Part shown: positions 10,138 to 19,622 of the stretch, piece by piece
How the letters are laid out: every line of letters begins with the position of its first letter
Position numbering within the stretch: the first letter of the stretch is position 1
DNA from: Cyanophyceae cyanobacterium
GTDB lineage: Bacteria; Cyanobacteriota; Cyanobacteriia; Cyanobacteriales; Laspinemataceae
Reading direction: 5' to 3'
Assembly (NCBI GenBank): GCA_038321985.1
Contig: JBBQFN010000023.1
Coordinates: 1 to 64,000, forward strand
Length of the DNA: 64,000 bases
Position numbers and translations under genes: made by a program
The notes under the pieces: generated by a model
Seen by the model: only the letters and a program-made list of their open reading frames with translations
The model's database searches: none
Told to the model about the DNA's origin: nothing

Positions 10138-10683
10138 ATGTCGGACCCCTTGGTCTGGGGGTCGGATTATCTGAGGGCGGTACGTCAGATTGCGATCGAC
10201 CCGAGTACCATTTGGTCCGGTCAGGATATTATCGAGCGGATCCGTATCTGTACCTGGATTGGAGAGCATATTGAAACCATCAACCAACAACTGCGGGAGT
10301 ATCTAGAAGCTTGCCATCAATGTTTTCCAGCATCGGAACGCCGGGAGATTGTGATTTTTGCCGCCCCGATCGCCCCGGAATATGGGATTGATGCCCTCTG
10401 TAATATCCTCGTGGATCCGGTGGTGATCGTTATTGATGTGGGTCGGACAGCACCCCAGGACTGGTTAAGCATCGTGGTTCACGAATATGCTCATGCCTAT
10501 TTAAAGTCACCAGGACATGACGCCCGACTGCTGGAAGTGCTGACTCATCTCTGTTTAGGACTGGGACTCGAACCCCCCAATGTCACAGGAATGGATGAGA
10601 GGTCAATGGATCAGATGTTAAGAAATTGGCCCCACTGTAACGCCACCCCTGAACCCTTGGCCTTCTGGCAGGGTAACGGATAA
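10138..10683 (+). CDS. Hypothetical HExxH zinc-metalloprotease-like protein (SprT/YgjP-like motif)
   Basis: VVHEYAHAYLKSPGH motif. Probable start is MSDPLVWG at 10138, because the longer 9904 start overlaps cpcS. Confidence 0.65.
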   Translation: MSDPLVWGSDYLRAVRQIAIDPSTIWSGQDIIERIRICTWIGEHIETINQQLREYLEACHQCFPASERREIVIFAAPIAPEYGIDALCNILVDPVVIVIDVGRTAPQDWLSIVVHEYAHAYLKSPGHDARLLEVLTHLCLGLGLEPPNVTGMDERSMDQMLRNWPHCNATPEPLAFWQGNG

Positions 10684-10948
10684 TACTTTTTGTAGCGAAA
10701 TATTACAGATTGTTGCGTTCGGTGAGAAAAATGAAACTGATCTGACCGTCATCCCGTAATCTGAAGGATGTCTATTTATTGAAATCGGCAGTCAGTCGGT
10801 AGCAGTGACCGTTGAGCGCTACGGGTTCAAGCCATCCCTAGAACAGACCGAATTTGTCTGTCTAGGGGGTTCCCATACCTTAAGGGCCAATTCGCTGTAT
10901 CTGCCACTGAAAGCAGAAGTTAAAATTTGAACTTACGGAGATTCTGAC

Positions 10949-11710
10949 GTGGCATTACCTTTGTTACAGTACGCTCCTAAGAGCCAAAACCAGCGGGTTG
11001 CTGGATATGAATTGGGAAGCGATGAGCAACCCAAAATCTATACCACCGAAAACCTTCCTTCTCCTACGGAGATGGATGAGGTGATTTGGGCCAGCTATCG
11101 CCAAATTTTTAGCGAACACCAAATCCTCAAGAGCAATCGCCAAACCTTCTCCGAATCTCAATTGAGATACGGTCAAATCACCGTTCGCGATTTCATTCGC
11201 GCTTTGGCGACCTCTGATGCGTTCGTGCGGCTCAATTACGAGACCAACAGCAACTACCGTTTCGCCGAAATTTGCGTACAACGCATTTTAGGCCGCGACG
11301 TTTACAACGAACGCGAAAAAATTGCATGGTCTATTGTCATCGCCACCAAAGGCGTTCAAGGCTTTATCGATGCCGTCCTCGATAGCGAAGAGTACCTGAA
11401 CAACTTTGGGTACAGCACCGTTCCTTATCAGCGTCGCCGGATTCTCCCTCAACAGTCCAAAGGTGAAACTCCCTTTAACCTGAAGACCCCCCGTTATGGC
11501 GAATACCATCGCGCTCAGTTGGGCTTCCCACAAATCATCTGGCAAAGCCAAGTCCGCCGCTACGTTCCCCAAGACAAGGTGGCTCGTGCAGGCGATCCGT
11601 CCCTCTATATGGATATGGCCCGTAACCTGAGCAACGGGAAAGGTAACCCCCCCAGCCGTGTTTCTACGTTCAATATGAATTACGAAGCCCTGGTTCCCCG
11701 TAAGAAGTAA
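10949..11710 (+). CDS. cpcG: Phycobilisome rod-core linker CpcG
   Basis: [41 protein letters not shown] and VPYQRRR motifs; the hydrophilic C-terminus argues against CpcL. Confidence 0.95.
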   Translation: MALPLLQYAPKSQNQRVAGYELGSDEQPKIYTTENLPSPTEMDEVIWASYRQIFSEHQILKSNRQTFSESQLRYGQITVRDFIRALATSDAFVRLNYETNSNYRFAEICVQRILGRDVYNEREKIAWSIVIATKGVQGFIDAVLDSEEYLNNFGYSTVPYQRRRILPQQSKGETPFNLKTPRYGEYHRAQLGFPQIIWQSQVRRYVPQDKVARAGDPSLYMDMARNLSNGKGNPPSRVSTFNMNYEALVPRKK

Positions 11711-11753
11711 TTGCATTTTGCTCTGTTGAGCAATGTAATTCCCTCAACCCTAA

Positions 11754-11830
11754 AGTTAGGGGCTGAAGTCTGGGAAGTTGTGGCAAGTTATCTTTGCTAA
11801 ACCACAATTCTTAGTCTTTGGCCCCTAACT
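11754..11830 (+). terminator. Long stem-loop downstream of cpcG
   Basis: agttaggggctgaag...ctttggcccctaact imperfect inverted repeat followed by gtttt. Confidence 0.6.
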
Positions 11831-12189
11831 GTTTTAGGGGTCAGGAGGCCATTTTCTTCTCTTTACCCATTCTTCACGTTTCTATTTAAGCATTTGTGCG
11901 GGTAACTTATCTTAGAAGATTTACCCGGGCTGGATTTTCTACAATAGCTCCTCTCAAAACTGCTTTTTATAAGAGCATGGAACCGGATTATCTTTATTAA
12001 AACTTATTAATTTAGCTCTTGACAATTTGAGCTTAAATCGACTAAGACTGAACCGTAAAACAGTTTAAATTAATCTCTTTTAAACTGTCCCGAAGACTCA
12101 GACATCAGGTTGAAAATAACCATCAGGCAGGCATCTAGCCCCTAACCCCCATCAGGTGGGTTGTATTTTTCTACAACAGGGTCAGAATT

Positions 12190-13590
12190 ATGATGGTTGA
12201 TGTAAAGCAATTCTTTGATGCGACAAATCCGAGTAAGACACTATTTGTCGAAGATTCGGAACTGGATCAGAAATATTATATTGATTTTTCCTCCGTGCGC
12301 GGGGGCAAAATTATTGAAGATTTAAAGGATAACATTACCCTCTGGTCCCCAGAACAACCCACTTGTCAACTGTTTACAGGACATATCGGCTGCGGGAAGT
12401 CTACGGAATTACTGCGTCTCAAGGCAGAGTTAGAACAAGAAGGGTTTCATGTGGTCTATTTCGAGTCTTCTAAAGACTTGGAAATGGGTGATGTTGATGT
12501 GGGGGATATTTTACTGGCGATCGCCAAACGAGTCAGTGAAAGCCTTGATCGCCTCACCCTAGAAGAACCCAAACGCCTGAAAAGCATTCTGCAAGGGGCA
12601 GCTAAACTGTTACAAACCGAAATGGAGTTTGAGAAGTTTGAAATCGAGGGCTTGGGCAATAAAATTAGCGCCAGTAAAGAAGGGATAACGTTTGATGGCT
12701 TGGGTAATCAATTCAGCGCGGGTAAAGAAGGGATTACCATTGTAGCAATGGGGATTGCCAAAATTACCGCCAAGGTGAAACATAGTCCTCATCTACGCAG
12801 CAAATTAAGAGGATATCTGGAACCCCAAACCAATGGGATTATCGAGGCGATTAATAAAGAACTCCTGGAACCCGCGATCGCCAAGCTCAAGCAGCATGGC
12901 AAAAAAGGAATCGTGGCGATCGTGGATAGTCTGGACAGAGTAGATAGTGCACCCAAACCTTGGGGACGTCCTCAACAAGAGTACCTCTTTGTCGATCGCG
13001 GCGAACAGTTGCGATCTCTGCACTGCCACCTTGTTTATACCATGCCCCTACCGTTGCGTTTCTCCAACGACTTCGGCACCCTGATCGAGCGCTTTATTGC
13101 TCGTCCCCAAGTGCTGCCAATGGTCCCGGTACAATGTCGGGATGGGAGTGAGCACCTTGAAGGAATGAACCTCCTGCGCCAAATGGTCCTCGCCCGAGCT
13201 TTTCCAGATTTAGAACCTCTACAGCGTCTGGAAAAAATGACCCTAATCTTCCAAGATACCGAAACCCTCGATCGCCTCTGCCGGGTCAGCGGGGGTCACG
13301 TGCGCAATTTACTCCGAATGCTGAATGATGCCATTAAAAAACAACGGGGACTACCGATCTCCCGCCAAACCATTGAGGATGTAATTTGCGCTTACCGCAA
13401 TGAACGAATGTTACCCGTCACCGATCTAGAGTGGGGGATGCTGCGGCGTGTCATGGAACAGAAAAAGGTGGCGGGAGATGATGGATATCAAATCCTAATC
13501 CGCAGTATGTTCGTTTATGAATATCGGGATGCAGAAGGGTTTTGGTTCGATATTAATCCAATTTTGGCAGAAGCGAAGGAGTTAGGCTGA
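12190..13590 (+). CDS. P-loop ATPase (cyanobacterial ATP-binding protein typically coupled to TPR/STAND genes)
   Basis: Walker A GHIGCGKS (12379-12402), Walker B-like IVAIVDSLD, SGGHVR motif, C-terminal EY..WFDINP. Confidence 0.85.
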   Translation: MMVDVKQFFDATNPSKTLFVEDSELDQKYYIDFSSVRGGKIIEDLKDNITLWSPEQPTCQLFTGHIGCGKSTELLRLKAELEQEGFHVVYFESSKDLEMGDVDVGDILLAIAKRVSESLDRLTLEEPKRLKSILQGAAKLLQTEMEFEKFEIEGLGNKISASKEGITFDGLGNQFSAGKEGITIVAMGIAKITAKVKHSPHLRSKLRGYLEPQTNGIIEAINKELLEPAIAKLKQHGKKGIVAIVDSLDRVDSAPKPWGRPQQEYLFVDRGEQLRSLHCHLVYTMPLPLRFSNDFGTLIERFIARPQVLPMVPVQCRDGSEHLEGMNLLRQMVLARAFPDLEPLQRLEKMTLIFQDTETLDRLCRVSGGHVRNLLRMLNDAIKKQRGLPISRQTIEDVICAYRNERMLPVTDLEWGMLRRVMEQKKVAGDDGYQILIRSMFVYEYRDAEGFWFDINPILAEAKELG

Positions 13591-16500
13591 TGAGTGAGAC
13601 GCTATCCGATGCGGAGGTTATAAATCAAAATCAGCAGACATTAGCCGAACTGATCTGGGCAATTGAAATGTCCCAGGGACAATTTAAGCTGATGTTAGTG
13701 CGGTGTAATTATATCACATTGCGAGATATACTGGTTCAACAATTGCATCGCGAGTGTTCCTTGAACATTTGCGAAATCGTCTTAGAACCGACGGTCAAGC
13801 AGGTGTATTCAACTTTAGGAGATCGCCTATGTGGCAAAACCCCAGATGCTTTGATGGTGTTTGGGTTAGAGTCTGTGATTGCTTTGGATGTGGTGCTAAC
13901 TTCTCTGAACCAAGTGCGAGAAGAATTTAGAAAAAACTGCCCTTTTCCAGTCATATTTTGGATCAATGACGAGGTGTCAATCAAGTTGACGCGGTTAGCA
14001 CCGGACTTTGAAAGTTGGGCCAGTTTGACTCACTTTGCGATCGCCCCAGATGACTTACTCTCTGCCTTAAAGGAGGAGAATGATCACCTGTTTGTGGAAA
14101 TATTTGCTGCCGGAAATCAGCGATTTGTCACGAATCAGGAGATTTTTGGCAAGCGCTATCCGTTTGAAATGACCTTAGCATTGCAGGATTTGGACAAGGC
14201 TAAACAGCCGCTGAGTCCTGAATTACAAGCTGGTTTGCAGTTGGTGTGGGGTCGCGATGCTTATATGCGCGATCGCATGGAGGAAGCGTTAGATTGCTAT
14301 CACAATAGTTTACAATTTTGGCAAGCTAGTGATATAAAAGGCTGTAAAGAGCGGGCGGGAGCGGTTTTTTATCATATTGGTTTGTGCTATCTTCGGGCCT
14401 CAGAACGCGATCGCAATCAGGATGAGAGTTATTGGAATCAAGCTCGACAGGCGTTTCAATCGGCTTTAGATTGCTTTGAGGAAGCGGGAAGACAGGACCT
14501 TGTCGGTCAGTTTATCGGTCAGCTTGGGGAAGTATTACGGCAGTTGAGTGACTATTCCAGTTTACAGGAACTCGCTCAACGTGCGATTAAATTGCATGAA
14601 ACATTAGGAAATAGGGTACAGTTGGCGCGGGACTATGGATTTTTAGCGCAAGTCGCCCTATATCAGCAGGAGTGGAACCATGCTAAGGAATTAGCAGAAA
14701 AAGCCCTGGAAATTTTAGCGCTAGATTCTCAGCAGAAACAATATCAGGGATTATATTTGCTGCTATTGGCGCGGAGTTTGCGGCAACTGGGGGAACAAGA
14801 GGAAGCAGTCGATCGCCTGGAAGAGGCGGCAAAGGGTGACCCAGAGGATAATCCCCATTTATATATTGAGATTTTGGAGGAATTGAGATCGCTATACTAT
14901 GAGCAATTGCAGTATGTAAAAGCGTTTGATCGCAAAAAAGAAAGACTGTCGATTGAGCAGCAGTTTGGGTTGCGGGCATTTCTGGGCGCGGGACGGTTGG
15001 AATCCCCACGACAAGCGCGATCGCAACCGATGCCAATGGAGTCTCCTAAAAGCGTCGCCGGAGAGATTGTTGCCTCGGGACGACAAAAGGATGTGGAACG
15101 ATTAATCCAACGGATTGGCAGTACCCAATACAAACTAACAGTGATTCACGGTCAATCTGGGGTGGGGAAAAGTTCCCTCGTGCAAGCGGGATTACTTCCG
15201 GCATTGAAACAAACCGTGATAGGAGATCGGGATATATTACCCGTTTCCCAAGGTTTATATACGGATTGGGCGAAAACCTTGGGACAATTACTGGGTGAGG
15301 CCATGGCACAACGAGGGATTCAGATTGAGACTATTCCTGATTCAGTGGATAGTATCCTGGAACAGTTGCGTCAAAATGAATCGAATCATCTGCTCACGGT
15401 GCTGATTTTCGACCAATTTGAAGAGTTTTTCTTTATTTGTAAGGAACCGGAAAAGCGCTTAAAATTCTTTGAATTTTTGGGGGATTGTTTTCAGATTTCT
15501 TTTGTCAAAGTGCTGCTATCTCTGCGCGAAGATTATATCCATTATTTGTTGGCCTATAATTCACAGTGTGGATTTGAGGCGATTAATCATGATATTCTGA
15601 GTAAAAATACACTGTATGCCGTGGGAAATTTTTCAACGGCAGATGCAGCGGATATTATTCGGAGTTTGAGCGATCGGGCGCATTTCCCCCTAGAACCAGG
15701 ATTAATCGAGGCAGTTGTCACAGATTTAGCGGAAAATTTAAACGCAGTCCGTCCCATTGAGTTGCAAATTGTAGGTGCACAACTGCAAACCGATGATATA
15801 ACCACTCTGACTGAGTATCAGCAACTTGGACCAAACCCAAAAGAACAACTGGTCCACCGATATTTACAAGAAGTAGTCAGAGATTGCGGCCCCCAAAACC
15901 AAGAGATTGCCGAAATCATTCTGTATTTGCTCACCGATGAGAATAATACTCGGCCCCTCAAAACTCGGGCTGATTTGGAAACCGATCTGAAAGTTTTAGT
16001 AACGGATTTGGTGAACGAACCCGAGCGACTTGATTTAATCCTTTATGTGTTGGTGAATTCTGGGTTAGTGTTTTTGTTGCCCGAATGTCCGAGCGATCGC
16101 TATCAATTGGTTCATGATTATTTAGTTTCTTTTGTGCGCGCTAAGAAAGAGGAAAATATTGGCCAACTCAAGGCAGAATTGAAGAAGGCTCAAGCTGAAA
16201 AGGAACAAAGCGATCGCGAGTTGACTTTAGTTTTGAAACGTCAGCTCAAAGTTACTTTGGCTGCTGGTATGGTTTTAGCTATTTTAGCCGTGGGTGCAGT
16301 CGGTTTAGCTGTTCAATCTCGTCAATTAGCTGCGGATTTAAAAATCCAACAGGATAAAATTGAAAAAGCTAATAAACAACTCCAAGCTCAAAAAAATCAA
16401 GCGGAAGAAAATGCCAATCGGTTAAAAGAAGTGAAAGCTCAATTAGAGGCTGAACAGAAAACAGTCCTTGATTTTGCTCGAAATCAAGATTTGGCAAGTG

Positions 16501-17048
16501 TTGGTCGAGTGTTATCTACTTTAATTGCCGACTCTCAAACCCCATTTGACTATAGCAGTCTCCAGGAAAATTTGGCAAAAAGGGATTGGCAAAAAGCGGA
16601 TGAAGAGACTTCTGAATTACTTCTGCGGATTGCCGGTTCCCAATCTGAACAGCAAGGATATTTTGATGTTAATGAGTATAAACAGTTCCCTTGTCAGGAA
16701 TTAACACTCATCGATAATTTGTGGGGTGCTGCGAGTGGGAGGACCTTGGGACTGAAACTTCAATGGAGGATTTATCAAGAAACGGGAAAAAGTTGGGAAA
16801 AAATGTACGATCGCGTGGGATGGAAACCGTTAAATTCTAATAAATGGTTAGTAGATCAACAATTCAATAAATCTGAAAAGCGTTGGTCTTATGTAAATTC
16901 TGCACAGCCAAATTTTGAGAGTCCTCCCTTGGGTCATCTGCCGATTTTTTACGGAATTGCTGTGTTTGAAACACCCCCAATGAAGGATAAAGTCCGTCAA
17001 CGTCAAATTCAGGAGTTGCTGTCTCGCTGTTGGCCAGAAAATCAGTAA
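13590..17048 (+). CDS. Multidomain protein: degenerate NTPase-like N-domain, TPRs, STAND (nSTAND1-like) NTPase, TM helix, coiled coil, GUN4-like domain
   Basis: TPR-like helical repeats; GR..VIHGQSGVGKSS (15150-15173); LIFDQFEEFF; LSLREDY; YQLVHDY; hydrophobic helix at about 16251-16313; DYSSLQENLAKRDWQKADEET..FPC..IDNLW..GHLP. Overlaps the upstream gene as TGATG. Confidence 0.85.
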   Translation: MSETLSDAEVINQNQQTLAELIWAIEMSQGQFKLMLVRCNYITLRDILVQQLHRECSLNICEIVLEPTVKQVYSTLGDRLCGKTPDALMVFGLESVIALDVVLTSLNQVREEFRKNCPFPVIFWINDEVSIKLTRLAPDFESWASLTHFAIAPDDLLSALKEENDHLFVEIFAAGNQRFVTNQEIFGKRYPFEMTLALQDLDKAKQPLSPELQAGLQLVWGRDAYMRDRMEEALDCYHNSLQFWQASDIKGCKERAGAVFYHIGLCYLRASERDRNQDESYWNQARQAFQSALDCFEEAGRQDLVGQFIGQLGEVLRQLSDYSSLQELAQRAIKLHETLGNRVQLARDYGFLAQVALYQQEWNHAKELAEKALEILALDSQQKQYQGLYLLLLARSLRQLGEQEEAVDRLEEAAKGDPEDNPHLYIEILEELRSLYYEQLQYVKAFDRKKERLSIEQQFGLRAFLGAGRLESPRQARSQPMPMESPKSVAGEIVASGRQKDVERLIQRIGSTQYKLTVIHGQSGVGKSSLVQAGLLPALKQTVIGDRDILPVSQGLYTDWAKTLGQLLGEAMAQRGIQIETIPDSVDSILEQLRQNESNHLLTVLIFDQFEEFFFICKEPEKRLKFFEFLGDCFQISFVKVLLSLREDYIHYLLAYNSQCGFEAINHDILSKNTLYAVGNFSTADAADIIRSLSDRAHFPLEPGLIEAVVTDLAENLNAVRPIELQIVGAQLQTDDITTLTEYQQLGPNPKEQLVHRYLQEVVRDCGPQNQEIAEIILYLLTDENNTRPLKTRADLETDLKVLVTDLVNEPERLDLILYVLVNSGLVFLLPECPSDRYQLVHDYLVSFVRAKKEENIGQLKAELKKAQAEKEQSDRELTLVLKRQLKVTLAAGMVLAILAVGAVGLAVQSRQLAADLKIQQDKIEKANKQLQAQKNQAEENANRLKEVKAQLEAEQKTVLDFARNQDLASVGRVLSTLIADSQTPFDYSSLQENLAKRDWQKADEETSELLLRIAGSQSEQQGYFDVNEYKQFPCQELTLIDNLWGAASGRTLGLKLQWRIYQETGKSWEKMYDRVGWKPLNSNKWLVDQQFNKSEKRWSYVNSAQPNFESPPLGHLPIFYGIAVFETPPMKDKVRQRQIQELLSRCWPENQ

Positions 17049-17106
17049 GCTGGGGTGAAGGGAATAGGAGGAAAGCTTAATCGCACTCCTCCCCCTCCCC
17101 TTTCTC

Positions 17107-19605
17107 CTACGTCAAAATCGCCCCACCTAACAACTTCTGATACCGCTTATCTAACTCACTCTTTAATACCGGCCATCTCTCCAAAGTCGGGTCTTTGTTA
17201 ATCACCTTTTCTGCTGCATCTCGGGCTAAAATTAATATCTCTTTATCCTCCACTAAACTCGCCAAGACAAAATCTGGGACTCCTGATTGTCTCATTCCCA
17301 TGACTTCCCCGGGTCCGCGTAATCTCATGTCCATTTCGGCAATTAAAAAGCCGTCTTGGGATTGTTCCATGACGTTGAGGCGTTGACGGGCGTCTGCTGT
17401 TGCTTTAGGATGGGTCATTAAGATACAATAGGATTTATCTGCACCCCGTCCGACTCGTCCTCGCAATTGGTGCAATTGTGATAGTCCAAATCGTTCGGCA
17501 TTTTCAATTAACATGACGCTGGCATTGGGAACGTCTACCCCCACCTCAACCACGGTGGTAGAGACTAAAATTTGAGTATGTCCATCGCGAAACAGCCCGA
17601 TCGCCTCTTCTTTTTCCGCTGAACTCATTCTCCCATGCAGCAATCCCACTTTAAATTCTGGGAAAATTACTTCTTGCAGTCTTTGATACTCTTCTATTGC
17701 CGATTTTAAATCTAATTTCTCTGATTCTTCGACTAACGGTAAAACCACATAAATCTGTCTCCCTTGAACCACTTCCCGTTTGATTAAATCATAAGCATGG
17801 GTGCGTTCTTTGCCGGAGAAAATAGTCGTTTGAATCGCTTGTCTTCCGGGAGGCAATTCATCGATTTGACTGACGTCTAAATCCCCATGTAATGTTAGGG
17901 CAAGAGTGCGGGGAATGGGAGTAGCCGTCATGGTTAAAACATGAGGGTCTTCGCCTTTTTGTTGCAGTTTCGCCCGTTGTCCAACTCCAAATCGATGCTG
18001 TTCATCAATGACAATTAAGCCGAGTTTATGGAAGTTTACCGGGTCTTGAATTAAGGCATGGGTTCCCACTAATACGGGTAATTCTCCGGTTTCTAATTGG
18101 GGGAGAATTTGTTTCCGTTTAGCCGCTTTTGTGGACCCGGTGAGGAGTTCGACGGGGAGATGCAGGAGGTTAAACCAACTGACTAATTTTTTATAATGTT
18201 GTTCGGCTAAAACTTCCGTGGGTGCCATGAATGCGGCTTGATATCCGGCTTGAATGGCGGCTAATATGGCAACGACGGCTACGATGGTTTTACCGGCCCC
18301 CACATCCCCTTGGACGAGTCGATTCATGGGTTTGGGTTTTTGCAAGTCTTCGAGGATTTCTGCAATGACTCGCTGTTGAGCATTGGTGAGTTTAAAGGGG
18401 AGGAGTTTATAAAATTGATTGATGACTTTGCCTTTCCCGGACAGGACTGCGCCGGTTTGGGTTTCTCGGAGTCCTTGGCGACGATGGAGGAGTCCGAGTT
18501 GCAGGTAGAAGAATTCGTCGAAGACAAGGCGGCGACGGGCGATTTCGAGGATATCCCGATCGCGCGGAAAATGGATTTGAGAAACGGCTTCCTGTAATGG
18601 GATCAATTCATAGCGCGATCGCAGGGAGTCCGGCAGAGGGTCACCCAGTAAGCCGACATGAGGGATGACACTCTGTACCCCTTTTCTCACAATGTCTGCG
18701 GTAATGCCTTCGGTTAACGCATAAACGGGGACAACTCGTCCTACATTGAGGGATTCGATGGTGCCGCTTTCATCCAAAACTTCGAGTTGGGGATTATCCA
18801 GGGATAGGCCATATTTGCTACTCTTCACCAACCCAGATGCAGCAACGATCGCACCTGTCGGATACAGTCGCTTTTGGATTTCTTGCCACCCGCGATTGCT
18901 TTGGCGACCGGCAAAAAATCGACAGAGTTTGATTTGTCCGGTACTATCTTTGAGGACAATATTTAAAATGGTTAATTTTTTATTGCGCGGACTGCTAAAG
19001 CAATCACACCGTTTAACTGTTCCGATTATAGTGACAGTTTCTCCGGCTTCGAGTTCTTTGATATTAACCTGACGGGCATAATCAATATGGTCCCGAGGAA
19101 AGTTGTAAAGTAAGTCATAAACGGTATAAAGCCCTAATTTTGCTAGTTTATCGGCGTTACGCGATCCAATGCCGCTGACTTGACTTAAGGCTTGATTGAG
19201 GGAGATTTGAGAACTGGAACGGTTGGAGTTGAGGGGGGGGGTTGAGAGGGAACGCGCCGGGGATGGTTCTGTTTTTTCGACGACCTGATACTGTTTGGAG
19301 GCCGAATTTGCCGCAGTTCTCGTGGTGGTACAGACGCGTTCCATATCTAAGAGAAATCGCCGGGTATCTCCTAGCAAATTTTGTCGCTGTTCTAGGGTAA
19401 GTTCTGGATATCGACCATATTCTGCGGCTAAGGTTTGCCAACGACGAATATCCGCAGATACGAGGTTTGCGGGTGAGTTTTTTAAACTAATTTGAATAAA
19501 CTCGCTAAAGCGATATTGACTTCCGACAACATCGGTAAATCCGCGTTGTGCTTCGACAGACAAGGCTTTTTGTAATCGCCCCCAATCTACTGATTCGGCG
19601 TTCAC
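17107..19605 (-). CDS. recG: ATP-dependent DNA helicase RecG
   Basis: QGDVGAGKT, DEQHRFG, MTATPIPRT and QLRGRVGRG motifs plus the wedge domain. Confidence 0.97.
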   Translation of the reverse strand: MNAESVDWGRLQKALSVEAQRGFTDVVGSQYRFSEFIQISLKNSPANLVSADIRRWQTLAAEYGRYPELTLEQRQNLLGDTRRFLLDMERVCTTTRTAANSASKQYQVVEKTEPSPARSLSTPPLNSNRSSSQISLNQALSQVSGIGSRNADKLAKLGLYTVYDLLYNFPRDHIDYARQVNIKELEAGETVTIIGTVKRCDCFSSPRNKKLTILNIVLKDSTGQIKLCRFFAGRQSNRGWQEIQKRLYPTGAIVAASGLVKSSKYGLSLDNPQLEVLDESGTIESLNVGRVVPVYALTEGITADIVRKGVQSVIPHVGLLGDPLPDSLRSRYELIPLQEAVSQIHFPRDRDILEIARRRLVFDEFFYLQLGLLHRRQGLRETQTGAVLSGKGKVINQFYKLLPFKLTNAQQRVIAEILEDLQKPKPMNRLVQGDVGAGKTIVAVVAILAAIQAGYQAAFMAPTEVLAEQHYKKLVSWFNLLHLPVELLTGSTKAAKRKQILPQLETGELPVLVGTHALIQDPVNFHKLGLIVIDEQHRFGVGQRAKLQQKGEDPHVLTMTATPIPRTLALTLHGDLDVSQIDELPPGRQAIQTTIFSGKERTHAYDLIKREVVQGRQIYVVLPLVEESEKLDLKSAIEEYQRLQEVIFPEFKVGLLHGRMSSAEKEEAIGLFRDGHTQILVSTTVVEVGVDVPNASVMLIENAERFGLSQLHQLRGRVGRGADKSYCILMTHPKATADARQRLNVMEQSQDGFLIAEMDMRLRGPGEVMGMRQSGVPDFVLASLVEDKEILILARDAAEKVINKDPTLERWPVLKSELDKRYQKLLGGAILT

Positions 19606-19622
19606 GGTTTCCCCCTACAGAA

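Noticed and set aside
10691..10707. NtcA site upstream of cpcG (TGTAGCGAAATATTACA)
   Set aside because: The spacing is GTA-N9-TAC, not N8.
10949..11710. CpcL (membrane-anchored linker)
   Set aside because: No hydrophobic C-terminal segment.
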